In this document: positions 35,414 through 48,139 of the stretch, piece by piece
How positions within the stretch are numbered: position 1 is the first letter of the stretch
Layout: each line of letters opens with the position of its first letter
From: Azolla caroliniana
Taxonomy: Eukaryota > Plantae > Polypodiophyta
Reading direction: 5' to 3'
DNA length: 64,000 nucleotides
Assembly: GCA_043228905.1 (NCBI GenBank)
Contig: JBHGNT010000022.1
Coordinates: forward strand, 744,001-808,000
Translations under genes and position numbers: made by a program
Notes under the pieces: generated by a model
The model's input: the letters and a program-made list of their open reading frames with translations, nothing else
Database searches by the model: none
Told to the model about the DNA's origin: nothing

Positions 35414-38400
35414 ATGGCTATGGCGGTTGTAGCTCCCCTTTACTCTTGGCTCATCGCTGCAGCCTATTCTGTATGTGAAGAAGAAGGAGGAGGAGGAGGA
35501 GGAGTAGGAGCAGGTAGAGTGGCCAAGAATTCCCCACCCCTGAGCCGAAGAGCCCGCCGCCGGCTCAGCCGATTCGGTGGTGGTGATAACACCAACATTT
35601 CCACTAATTCTAGCCTTAGACCCAGACTCTCATCTATCTGCGGATCTAGCCTGCAAGGATTTGGTTCTTGCTTCTCCTTTGAAGCTTGCCCTGAGTATTA
35701 TAGCTCTAAACAATCCCCTCTGTTTGGAGATGGTGTCTTAGGTCTTGGGTTCGGATCCCGCCCGGCTTTCCGTGCTGCCCGCCGCCATCCCAAATCTGCA
35801 GGTTCTGGTAAGCATTTTTTGCATGAATGTGTGTTTATCTTTTTCTTTGTATGTGCATGCAATTCGTTGCACAAAGGTTACTTTTGAATTCTTTTATATA
35901 GCCCTCATAACAGAAATTTATGTATGTATCTATGTGTGTATCTGTGTGTGTCTGGGTGTGCATAAATTGGCATTTTGAACCCTAATATCAGACATTGTTC
36001 CTATGCATATATGTCTGTTCGTGCAATTCTTTGCATGTACTTACCCTGGAATTTTTGAAACCCTTAGCAAACATTTGGAACCCTAATATCAGAAGTTGTA
36101 TGTTTGTGATATGCATGTATCTACATGCATGCCTTTCTTTGTATGCGCATTCTTTGGAATTCTTTTGAAAAATCCTAATGGCAAACATCTTTAAGCACAA
36201 AGAGGAGACATTCATCTTTGAGTGGAACTGTATTGCTGTTGGCTTGCATGTACATATATGCATACCATTCTTTGCTTTGCATGTAATTATGTGGGAATTT
36301 TGCATAGAAATGCTAATGGACGAAATGCGTTAACCCTAATAAGGGACATTTCTGGGGGTAGATTCTCAAATTATTTGTTAAAGGGTTGCATACAATTTCG
36401 TTGTAATTCTTTTAGAAAACCCTAATTGCACACGTTTTGAACCCTAATATAAGACATTTCGTGGTGTAGATTTTCCATTATTTTTATTGTTAATGTCTTG
36501 CATGTGATTACTCTGGATTTCAGTTAAAAGAACTAGTAATGCACCACATGGGAACCTGAATAGAAGACTTTCTCACAGTAAATTTTCAAATCTTTGCTGA
36601 TAACGGGATGTATTTGTGGTCAAACTCTTGGAAATCATATGCATACCCTGAATTCTTTGGAACATTTCTGAGTAGAACCCCATGCATCAACTTTTATTGT
36701 GTTTTTTTAATCTCTTGGAACTTTCTTGGTTCTTTCAAACTATGCTTGATCTCAATTTGAGTCTAAAACCATCCAAATAATATGCATGCTTTAGACTTAC
36801 TTACGAAAGTTTTTACAGATTAAAATATCCAAAAACTTGATTTTCTGTCATTTATTCATTTATTTGCATAGGATCCTTCATGGTTGCTCCAGCTGAATTA
36901 TAAAGGAGCTCAACTGTGAATATTTGCATGCTTCTAATCTTTTGAACCCTACTTCAGACCTTTCCTTGGAATAAAATATCCATGGTGGTTTTTTTTTCTG
37001 CGTTGGACCTTGCATGACGCTTGTTAATGTGGCAATACTTTTTCTCAAATTGACGCCAAAACTTGTAAATTCTTTTCATCCTTAATGAGTTTATTTTATT
37101 CATTCAGTCTGGCATAACTCTTTCAGGTGGCCCATGAGTTAATGCGGGCATGATTGTATCCCAGTTTCAGGCCAAATCCTGCACATTTTTTGAAATGTTT
37201 AGCTGAAATTCCTCATTGTAGAATGTCCACCCTCTGCTGTTGTCAAGTTTTTGTTTTCATTATTGGGTCTTGTATGGTTCGCACATAACGTGGCAAGTTC
37301 TTTTTACTCAAAATTTTGAGGCAAAAAATGTGCTACTCTTTCATACTTTAATCTCTAATAGTGAACATTTTCGAAATGGAATTCCCATGCTTTGCTGTTA
37401 ATGCAATTTTTTGTTTCTGAAGTTTTGTCTCCTTCCCTTGGGTGAAGGTAACATGAAGTGTTCATAGGTTGTTTCTGGCTCAATTGCTAATCGGTTGTTT
37501 GATATTATGCTTCAAATCCTGGAAGTACATGTTTCTAGAGTACGATTTCCATTCACTGCTGTGCATGGGTTGTTTTTTTGCATTAGGTCTCTCATGGCTC
37601 TTTAATTCCTAGTGTTAAAGCTCTTTCCCAAATTATCTTTCGTTAATGTAGCAATGCTTTTCTGAATGTCTCCTTTGTTAATGCTTTGTTTTTAATATTG
37701 GGTTTAGCATGGGGTTTTCATCTCGTTTGTTAATTTTGCAATTCTTTATTTAGAAATTTCCTCTTTCAATAAGTTTTTATTTTGCATGGGGTCTTTCAGC
37801 TTACTCATTAGTGACAGGAATCATTTTATCTGATTCTGATACCAAAAACTTGCATGTTTTGTTATGCATGCAACCAGGTTATGAGTCCTTAGGGTATAGG
37901 CTGAGTTGTGATCTTATGCTAGGAAATGGAAATAAGACTATTCTAGGTATGTTTTTCAGCAGGCAAAGCTTGGGCCATTGCGATTCAACCAGTAAGGGAG
38001 ACAACTGAGAAGAAGAAGGTCACCACTAAGCCAAGGAGGGTGGTCGTAACAGGCATGGGTGTAGTCTCTTGCCTTGGCCATGATCCAGATAGTTTCTATA
38101 GCAACCTTTTGGCAGGGAACAGTGGCATCACCGATATAGAGAACTTTGATTGCCGAGAATTTCCAACTGTGAGTTTCTGGTGCTTCTTTATTAGAGGATG
38201 AAATTAAAGGTTTACACTTTATCAGTGATTCGAATTGTTACCACTAGAATTACCTTCTCTTTTTGCTTTATTATGATCAATTCTCATTAGCATTCCGTAG
38301 GACTTTCCTACCCTACAATTCCATAGGACTGATATCCTACTCTTACCTTTCTGGAGTGTCATTGGATAGTTCTGATAGTTTTAGATATCATCTAATTATC

Positions 38401-41400
38401 GTTGCTATTTTATAGGATGTGCCCCTGCTCAATTTGTTGTACTCTTTACTCATCGTAAATGGTACTCTGCTAATTTTGTACATCATACAATTATCCTTGC
38501 TATTCCATACGATATGCACTTGCCTATTTGTTCTTCTTTATTGTCATAAATGTCTTCATCTGTGATGATTATTTTGAATCAGAAAAGATTGACACAAGTT
38601 TTTATGAATCATTCTTAAATCAAGAACTGTATATCTTTTAACTCGTATTTTGTGTCATACCTGTTTCATCCATATTGCCTTTATTACATGTTTATGGCAG
38701 AGGATAGCTGGTGAAATAAAATCATTTTCAACAGATGGATGGGTTGCTCCGAAGTTCTCCCGGCGAATGGACAAGTTTATGCTTTATACTCTTACAGCTG
38801 GTAAAAAGGCCCTAGAAGATGGAGGTATTTCTCCTGATGTCATGGACAAATTGGACAAATCTAAATGTGGCATTCTAATAGGATCTGCATTGGGTGGAAT
38901 GAAGGTTTGCAATTTAAAGTTACGCTAAAAGACAAGATCTTGTTGAAAGGAAATATAAGGTTATCGTTTGTGTTTGTGGCGTGCAGGTTTTTAATGATGC
39001 TATTGAGGCCCTACGAGTTTCATATCGAAAAATGAATCCATTTTGTGTGCCATTTGCAACAACAAATATGGGGTCAGCTATGTTGGCTATGGATTTGGTA
39101 GGTTTTCTGGCTCAAAAAAAACTCCATTGATATAGGTTAAACCTGCCTCACTCTTTGGAAACCTCAGGGATGGATGGGTCCAAATTATTCAATATCAACT
39201 GCGTGTGCGACAAGTAATTTCTGTATCTTGAATTCAGCAAACCACATCCTTCGTGGTGAAGCTGTGAGTATAATCTTACTTTTGCAAATGGTCAATGTGT
39301 TGCAGTTTAAGTTGGTTTCTTACTATCTTGCTAATATGAAGCAAACCTGTATTTGCTATTAGGATGTCATGCTATGTGGTGGCTCAGATTCGGCGATCAT
39401 TCCGATTGGTAAGTGCTTATCAAATTGATCATGTATCAACTTATATAATCATGCAAGTCAACATGAAAGGCATCCAGCTGTAATTCAAGCTTCATTTTCA
39501 TGTTAGCATTAAAGTGCTGTCTAATTAACAAATTATTGTCCAAAATTTAGTGATAATGGTAATAATTATTTGGCAGGACTTGGAGGATTTGTGGCTTGCA
39601 GGGCATTGTCACAAAGAAATGATTCTCCGCAGAAGGCATCAAGGCCTTGGGATATGGTTAGTACTAATTTCTTTTACTGAATGCTCTTTTGTATTCTGAA
39701 TTACTGTAAGCATGCTCAATAGGTATTCCCCCTTCTGGCTGTGTAGGACCGTGATGGGTTTGTTATGGGCGAGGGCGCAGGTGTTCTACTGTTGGAAGAG
39801 CTCGAGCATGCCAAAGTATGCTCAAGTTCCAACTTTAATCTTGATGGTTTGTGCCAAATAAATAATGTTTTCTGAATGTTAAGAGGCTGTATGATACAAT
39901 CACAGGAAAGGGGAGCAACAATATATGCAGAATTCCTTGGTGGAAGCTTTACATGTGATGCGTATCACATGACAGAACCTCATCCCGAAGGCAAGAAAAT
40001 GTTTGAAGCAATATTTAATACATTTTTTGTAATGGATGCTGTTAAATTTCTTTTTAATGTTTTGATTGTGTTTTCTTCAGGGGCTGGTCTCTCACTCTGT
40101 ATAGAAAAAGCCTTGGCTCAAGCTGGAGTGTGCAAAGAGGATGTGAATTATGTAAATGCTCATGCAACTTCTACTCGTGCGGGCGACCTTCAAGAATATA
40201 AGGCACTGATCAGGGCTTTTGGAAAGAACCCAGAGGTATCATTCTTCACTTTTGTAATGCTTGATGTAGGTTATTCTTCCCAATTGCCAAGTTTATTATC
40301 TGATCTGTTTATGGCTTATCTCTTAGCTCAAGATAAATTCTACAAAATCGATGATTGGGCACTTGCTAGGAGCAGCTGGTGCTGTTGAGGCTATTGCCAC
40401 TGTTCAGGTATCTCTTGAAAGTTGTTAGTTTCTTTAATGTGATTCAGTCTTTTTATTTTACCTTTGATTTTAATGCTTTTTCTTGTAACTCCTTCCTCAT
40501 CAGACTTACATCCTAGGGCAAATTGATTGTCTTTCCCTCTTAGATTCTAGATGTCATACTTGGTACACCCTACATTTAACGACATTATTTAAATATTTAA
40601 GATTTGGAATATATGCCAAGAATGATGCTGTTAGTGGTGGATTTTGCTATCACATCAAATTTATATGCCACATTTAATTGATTTAAGCTTAGGAATGCCA
40701 AGAACGATGTTTTTGATGTCACATCAGGATCATACACTACATTTAAAATAAAGACTGGAAATGCAGAGAATAATGTTTATAGTTACGGTTTTTGCCGTCG
40801 CATCAAATCAAATAATATTTAGTCAATTCATCAATATATGCATGCAATTTTAATGACAGCATGTTATAATACCATTCTGTATTATATTGGGCACACATTT
40901 GAACCCTTCTGACACAGCAAATCATTAATACATATATTCTAAAGTGGTTTTTTGAAGTATGATGATGATTTTGAGATCAAACTCTTATTGAGCATTATGA
41001 AAAGTGAGATGATGTCCTAAACGAATCTCCTGATTAATTAAACTAAAGTTTATGCGAAAATAATTTGAAACACAGTAATGCTCTGATTTTTTTGTTCAGA
41101 AATTTTGTAATTTCTGACTTTCATCGAGAGTTAAATGTAAATTGTACGAATGCTTCAATATACCATGAATAGTTGTGTCAATGCATAATTAGATAATCTT
41201 AATTGTTTGGCAGGCTATCAGAACAGGCTGGGTCCATCCAACTCTCAATATTGAAAATCCAGAGAAGGAAATTGTAATGTTTTCCACTTTACTCCTAATG
41301 GCTAATGCATAGTGTATGAATGTAAATTGCATGTTTCAATACTCACTTCTAATTGCAAATGTGTGGTGAATGAATGTTCCCTTAAATAATTAAATTAATG

Positions 41401-41580
41401 AACATGTGTGTTTGTATGCTTAATAGTATGTATTGTCAACTATTCCAGGACATGAATGTAGTTGTCGGAGGGAAAAAAGAAAGGCTGGACATAAAGGTTG
41501 CCATGTCCAATTCATTTGGGTTTGGAGGCCACAATTCGTCTGTCATATTTTCTCCGTACCAAGAATCCAATGAAAACTAG
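35414..41580 (+). CDS. KAS2: Plastid 3-oxoacyl-ACP synthase II (KASII/FAB1), 13 exons, ~572 aa
   Basis: Exons 35414-35807, 37963-38168, 38701-38904, 38987-39097, 39168-39263, 39363-39408, 39577-39656, 39747-39815, 39906-39990, 40081-40235, 40327-40407, 41214-41273 and 41449-41580 join in frame (1719 nt). Motifs [17 protein letters not shown] (catalytic Cys), [29 protein letters not shown]; KASII-type N-terminal transit peptide. Confidence 0.95.
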
Positions 41581-42994
41581 TATGCATTGGCAGATTTCCG
41601 TTTGCAGAAAAAAAGAAGCAACACGTCTGAATGATTGTTTATGGCTTAATATGCACGAAAAAAAGCTACAATATGTACAAGATTTTATAAAAAAAGTCTT
41701 GGTTTGTATTGTGTAAAAAACAGTATATTGCAGGTGGAAAATGTTATAATGGTATTATTATTCGTTGGGAATTTGGTGTACATTGTGAAAATGAAGGTTT
41801 TGGTAATATGAGTTTCCCATTTGGAGCAAGTAGAATTCATTCCTCCAGCTGAGAATGCAAACCAAACCAAATAAGTAGAGCAATTAAGGTTGGAGGATAA
41901 TAACTGGAATTCTTTATTCCATCTTCCAGTGGCAGCATATGTTTTGTTAGCAAATGACTTTTGATTGTCTTGCAGTGTTATCATTTAATTGCATAATGAA
42001 TGGGAATGCAAACAAAATTAGTAGATTGGAGGATAATAAGTGTCTTTATTAGCATAGGTTTAGGTACAAATTTTGAGTCAATTATCATGCCGATCTGGTT
42101 GCTTAGTAAATGGGAATGCAAACTCTAAACCCTAAACTTTCCTCTGCACCTTAAATCTCTTGGTGCCATGTCAAAAAGTGCAAAGCAAAATAGTGAAGGT
42201 TGGAGGATAAATGGAATTCCTTATGTGCTATACTCTAGTATATTAGCATATGTTTAGGTAGAAAATTTGACTCAATTATCGATCTGATTGCTTAATACGT
42301 GGGGGAGAGTGTTAGATCAGTACACGTACAATTTGTTTTTCCATTGACATTTAAATGTGATCATTTTGTAATGCTTCAACTGAAGATTTGGATTGAAAAG
42401 ATTGTTATCCTTTAGAGAATGCACACATACATTTGTTTTTCCATTGACCTTAATAAGTATGGCTATGTATATGATTTTTTAAGGCATATACCCTCCCCCC
42501 CCCCCCCCCCCCAAAAAAAAACTAAAAAACAAAAAACAACGGAACATGCAAATTAAATGTGATCATTTTGTAATGCTTCAACTGAAGATCTGGATTGAAA
42601 AGATGTTGGATAAGCAAAATCTAGATAAATTTAGGTTAGAACTAATGGTAAACAGAACCTCAACCACGTTAATGCAAATGCATATAGTAATATTCATCAT
42701 TCTTGATTACTCAATTTTAATTCATGTCAAGAGTTAGGTTATATCTTTGGGGTGTGGACGTCACATTCAAACCAAACTCGTTTGTACACACTCATACCAC
42801 TATTATTATCACATATCACTTACAAATCCAACAATCACCATAAAAAGCCAACCATCAATCCAAATTAATTTACAAACATTAACTAGGAGAAATAGTGTGG
42901 CCTTTTGTATAAATTCTGGATATATAAATTCTCACATGTGCACCAGAACGTAACATCCATCCGTTTAATCTATCATGTGCACCAGAAGCTATAC

Positions 42995-44681
42995 TGTTAG
43001 AAATATTGAGAATCCATTAGATATTGTATATAGAGTTACAACCACAGAGATAGATATATGAAAACAAAACTTCTATTACATATGAGAGCTCACCCATGCG
43101 TTCACACCTTAGAGCTTAGATGGGATCTGGACTAGCTCACTACAAAATTAGTGGGAACTAATGATCAAAATACACCACTGTGTAAGAGAGTGGATTATAT
43201 TCTCTGTTTGGTCTGAGTGTAACATTAAATGTGCATGTCAGTTGATAGTAGTGGAGATATTCCTTTTTTGTCAACTGACTTGTTATTTAATATGACCCAA
43301 CTCCCTAGATATAGGCTAGTGCTAGATAGTACTTATCTTGAAGTCAATGGCACATACTTCAACACTAAGTACATTGTAAGTTGCCCACAAAATATTCTAG
43401 TTGACTTGATTAGCCAATCCTATTACCTATTTCGCTCTTTCCTAAATCCATTGTGTCCTATGCATCTACGGTTTCCTAGATTAACACCTTATCGACCCAT
43501 ATGGTCGAGTTGCACACTAGCCGCTCCTCATTTGCTGCGCTATCACAAAATGTGCACTCTAAGATCACATATGGGGGTAGATTTACAACTTGGGGCTGAT
43601 AATTGATTATATCTAACATGCCCCCTCAATGGTCAACCCATTGAGTTCACTTGGAATTGGGCCAACTCCTAGTCGTCAAAGGTGTTGTTGTAGCTGTTCT
43701 GCTCCAAGCGCCTTTGTGAAGATATCCGCAACATTTTTTGACGTTAGACAGTACTCAATCTCCATAGTCTCATCATTTATTAGCTCCCGCACATAGTGAT
43801 ACTGAATTTGTATGTGTTTAGTACGTGCAGGAAATACGAGGTTCTTGGCAATGGCCATGCAACTCTAATTGTCACACCTCAATACCGTTGCCGTCCTTAT
43901 TGGAACCGCCACATCCATAATGATTCTTCTTAGCCAAAGTACCTCGCATGCCGCTATGCATGCTGCTTTGTATTCTACCTCCGTTGAAGATAGTACCACT
44001 GTTGGTTGTTTTTTACTACTCCATGAAACAACTCCAGAGCCTATTGAAAAACAATATCTAGAAACTGATTTTCTCGAATCACTATCTCCAGCCCAGTCGG
44101 AGTCACAATATTCACTAAGTTCATCAATTGTTGGCTTGTAGAAGATTCTGTAATTTAAAGTACCCACAATGTACTTTAATACACGTAGTGCAACTTTCCA
44201 ATGAGTCTCCTTCGGCTTGTTGCTGAATCGACTCACCACACTGACTGCAAAACAAATATCCGGACTAGTGTTGCATAGGAAAATTAGACTTCCTACTAGC
44301 TATTTATACTTCCTTATGTCAACCGTTGGTGACGGGCATAGTTCTAGCCATACGTCCCATTTGTGTCATACTCAAACGCCAATATTCGTATCATACTCAT
44401 ACGTGAAAAGGCTCCAAGTATGATTGAAATCCATACGCGGTACATAGATATATACATATGGTGTACATAGTGTGTGTGTGAGAGAGAGAGAGAGAGCGTG
44501 TTTGGTCTAGAGAGAGAAGCCCTGTTTTGCATGTGTGAGGAGATAGTGGTTGAGTGTATATCTAGACTCTAGAGAGAGAGAGAGAGAGAGAGAGGAGCTA
44601 TGGGTTTTGTCTGTGTGAGGAGTGTGTAATATGTATATTAGATATCTAGATTTTGTAGAGAGAGAAGATCTGTTAGTTCTC

Positions 44682-44719
<38 letters not shown>

Positions 44720-46310
44720 GTGTGTCAGACGTCACTTCTATTCACAAAGAATTATGAATATCAAAAATTAAAAAAACCCAACCCCCCCCCCCCCCCCCCA
44801 AAAAAAAAAAGAAGCCAAACGAATATCGTGTATCATACGCATACGTTTGCAAACGTTCGCGTAGGTCCAGTAAATTGGACGTACGTGAATATTAGGAACT
44901 ATGGTGACGGGTCTTCTTGGGATAGCTTGCAGTTTGACTCCATTGGAGTCAACTTCGATTTGTTGTCCATCATCCCAAAGGTCTTCAAGATCTCTGTTGC
45001 ATACTTCCTTTGTGACATGAAGATGCCAACCGAGGTTTGCCAAACCTCAATTCCAAGGAAGTAGTGTAAAATCCCCAAGTCTGTCATTTCAAACTCTGTT
45101 TTCAAATACTCTTGTGTTTAGCCAATACACTCTTCATGGTCACTAGTAAGTACTAGATCGTCCACGTAAATGATGATGATAACTTGTTTCCCGTCCTTCA
45201 TTTTGACATACATACTTGCATTTGAAGCACATTGCTTAAAGTCGATTGACTATAAGAAGCTGTCTATCCTCTTGTTCCAAGCTCTTGGTGCTTGCTTTAG
45301 ACCATACAATGCCTTCTTCAGCTTGCAGACTTTGTTTTTCTGAATTCGGCATCTCAAACCCTAGTGGTTGTGTCACGTATACCTCCTCCTTGAGATGCCC
45401 ATTCAGAAATGCCGATTTGACATCCATTTGATAAATCTTTCATCCTCTTGAAGCAGCCAACGCTATGACCATTCGAATTGTTGTCATGCGAGCTATTGGG
45501 GCAAACGTTTCTTGTACATCAAACCCTTCAATTTGGGAGTATCTTTGGGCTAGTAGCCTGGCCTTAAATTTCTCCAAAGAACCATTAACTTTACACTTTA
45601 CTTTCCACACCCACTTGGTGCCTATCACTTTCCTCTTTGTTGGCCTCTCTACCAACTCCCACGTGTCATTTTTCATGATGCTATCGTATTCTGATATCAT
45701 CGCCTCTTTCCACTTCGGGTCGGCCATGGCTTCCTCCACCGAGGTCGGCTCACTCACCGAGCCTATGATGTCCACCATCAGAGCCATGTTGATAATGTGG
45801 TTAGAGGTTCTCCCTTGCTCCCGTATTCTTCTTGATCTTCGTAATCCATCAGTTGAAATTTCAGGAAACTCAACTTTAGGAGTACGATCATTGAAGAGTT
45901 GTTGAGCCCACTTAGGTATTTTCTTTACATCTGGCACTGGAATAGGCTGAACTAGCGAGCCGTTACCATCAGATGGTTCAACTTCCTTTTTTGGACAGTG
46001 GGTCGGGATTGGGGGGAATACTTCTTCTGTTGATGAGATAACTTGAGAATCATTGTTCCCAGCTAGCTGTGGTCGTTCCTCATTGAACACCACATCGCGG
46101 CTTGTCAATATCTTTCTTGCCTCTGGATTGTAGAGTCGATAGTCCTTTGACTCTTCACTATATCCGAGAAAGATACACTTCTTGCTTTTAGCATCCAACT
46201 TCTTTCTGCTCACATCCGGAACTTGTGCGTAACACGTACACCCAAAGGTTCTGAAGTGCAGCACTGAAGGTTTCTTGCTTGAATAAGCTTCTTGGGGTAT
46301 TTTCCCTTGA
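42995..46310 (-). mobile_element. 5'-truncated Ty1/Copia element (copy D) with 3' LTR
   Basis: LTR 42995-43618 (TG..CA) next to PPT TTGAGGGGGCA; RNase H 43676-44239; RT 44899-45640; integrase C-terminus to ~46300. Confidence 0.88.
44337..44903. mobile_element. Non-autonomous hAT-type DNA transposon (MITE), 567 bp
   Basis: TIR CATAGTTC/GAACTATG; 8-bp TSD GTGACGGG; removing it restores Copia RT EDPSPTV. Confidence 0.85.
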
Positions 46311-46690
46311 TGTGCCTTCATGTAGTAAGCTTCTTGGGGTATTTGAAAGGCACCTTGAGTATGTGTCTCCAGTTTGGCTCCGGTAATCCCCAACTTGACA
46401 GATTCACGGATTCGGATATGTTGGCTGATGCGGATACCAGCTGGTCTACATCCAGATATGTAATGACTTATGCAGGGGGAGCTGTATCATGGCAATCGAG
46501 GCTGCAAAAGACGGTTGCATTGTCAACCACGGAGGCGGAGTACATGACAGCTGTAGAAGCCGGCAAGGAGATAATCTGGATGAAGGACTTCATCGGAGAG
46601 TTAGGAATTCAATAGGAAGAATACCGGCTCTACTGCGACAGTCAAAGTGCCATCCACCTTGCAAAGAACGTGGCCTACCATTCTCGGAGA
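46305..46690 (+). pseudogene. Copia RT/RNase H fragment in the opposite orientation
   Basis: FTDSDML...GGAVSWQSRLQKTVALSTTEAEY...CDSQSAIHLAKN. Confidence 0.85.
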
Positions 46691-47375
46691 TTACCTCCTT
46701 GGCTTCCCGACGCGCCTCCTCATCTAGCAAGCTCGACTTGACCCTTGCTAGGGATAGCTCGACTCGACTCGGCTTTGGTGACTGCGCCAGAGGAGAGCAT
46801 TCGTCCATCGATAGCTTCGACTGGGGTTGGCTTCGACAACTGGACAACAGGAAAGTTGTGTTTACAAACGAACGTTTCGTCCATAAAACACGTTGTGGCC
46901 TCGAAATCGAGTAGCGCTAAGGATTGAATTGAAATAGACTAGAAATAGAGAGTTACCTCGAAGGAAAAGCCGTTAGTAGAACTTTGGGAGCAACATGTAT
47001 GTCTGTTGTCCAACCGCATGGCTCCTACTATAGTTGGACATCATCATTTTCCGAATGTTGGGACCCACTAGTTGGATTGTCCCGATAGACTTATTGCAGA
47101 TTGCTTTTGAGTGGGCAAAAACGAATTAGATGGGTAGAGGCGCCGCAGTATAGACATAGCCCATTGGTTCGTCGATGGTGTCGTTCGGTTGTGGTGAGTG
47201 GGGCTCGAGCTCGATCAATTTCCATTGGCATAGGATCATTGAACAATGTCGTTGGAGAAGATCTCGCAGTCACTTGGGGTTGTACCATAGGTTTAACATG
47301 GAGAAAGGGTGACAACTTGGAAATCGCCCGTTCCTCTTGTCGAAGTTCAAAAAGGTGGTTGTCACAATTGACTGT
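46690..47375 (-). pseudogene. Tcn1-like Gypsy gag/protease fragment
   Basis: CDNHLFE...PMEID...CLYCGASTHLIRFCP followed by an ALLDFEATTCFMD protease remnant. Confidence 0.8.
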
Positions 47376-47664
47376 ATTGTATGTATGTATTGTAGTCAAG
47401 GTGAACAACACCGGTTATGGAATCATAATTCAGTTCTTGTTCTCTTGACTACTTTCTCTCTCTCTTTCTTATTATCTTGTCTAGAATCTTTCTCTCACTC
47501 TCTCAGTATTGAGCGTTGTCTACTTGTCCATGACAACTTGTATAAATATGTGTGTTCACCTAGATTATAATCAAGGTGAACAACACCATTTATAGAGTCT
47601 TTCAATTAATCAACTCATCCCTTTGATTATCTGAATCTATTCTCTTGTGCATATTTTCTATCCA

Positions 47665-48138
47665 TGACAGATACACAGGTGTACGTGGGTGCAAAGATTG
47701 AAATGATAGAAAGGCAGAAAAACACAAGTACGGAGACACAAGTATTTTAACGTGGAAAACCCTAAAAAGGGAAAAACCACAGGAGTCCACAAACTCCGAA
47801 TAGAATCACTATATGAGAAAGGTGTACAACAAGAAGCTACAAGGCAACGACCTTGAGTTCTTCTTCGTCTGATCGACGGATATGGAGTTACACTCTCTCT
47901 CGTTCTCTACCTCTCTCTCACTCTCTTACTTACAGAGGCAACTACCAACAACAACTATACATCATACATCATACAATGGTTTGCCCTAGTTATATTTATA
48001 CTAAATTACAACTTTAGGACTATTTACAATTATGAGCTTTTCTAGATGCGTATCCAGATCCGGTCTTTCTTCTTCCTCGGATCCAACTGATCCGACTCGT
48101 GCTTTACTTCCCATCCGGAGGGACCTGTTTCACAACAC
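47665..48138 (-). mobile_element. Partial or solo LTR related to the 16547/31610 family
   Basis: Shares TTAACGTGGAAAACCCT..ACAGGAGTCCAC, TTTGCCCTAG..ATTTATACTAA and CCCATCCGGAGGGACC..AACA; left end and TSD unclear. Confidence 0.65.
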
Positions 48139-48139
48139 A

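Noticed and set aside
35002-35415. ORFs with LSLS/ERER runs
   Set aside because: Translations of GA microsatellites.
41820-42610. Short local duplications downstream of KASII
   Set aside because: Ordinary degenerate intergenic duplications with no termini or coding signal.
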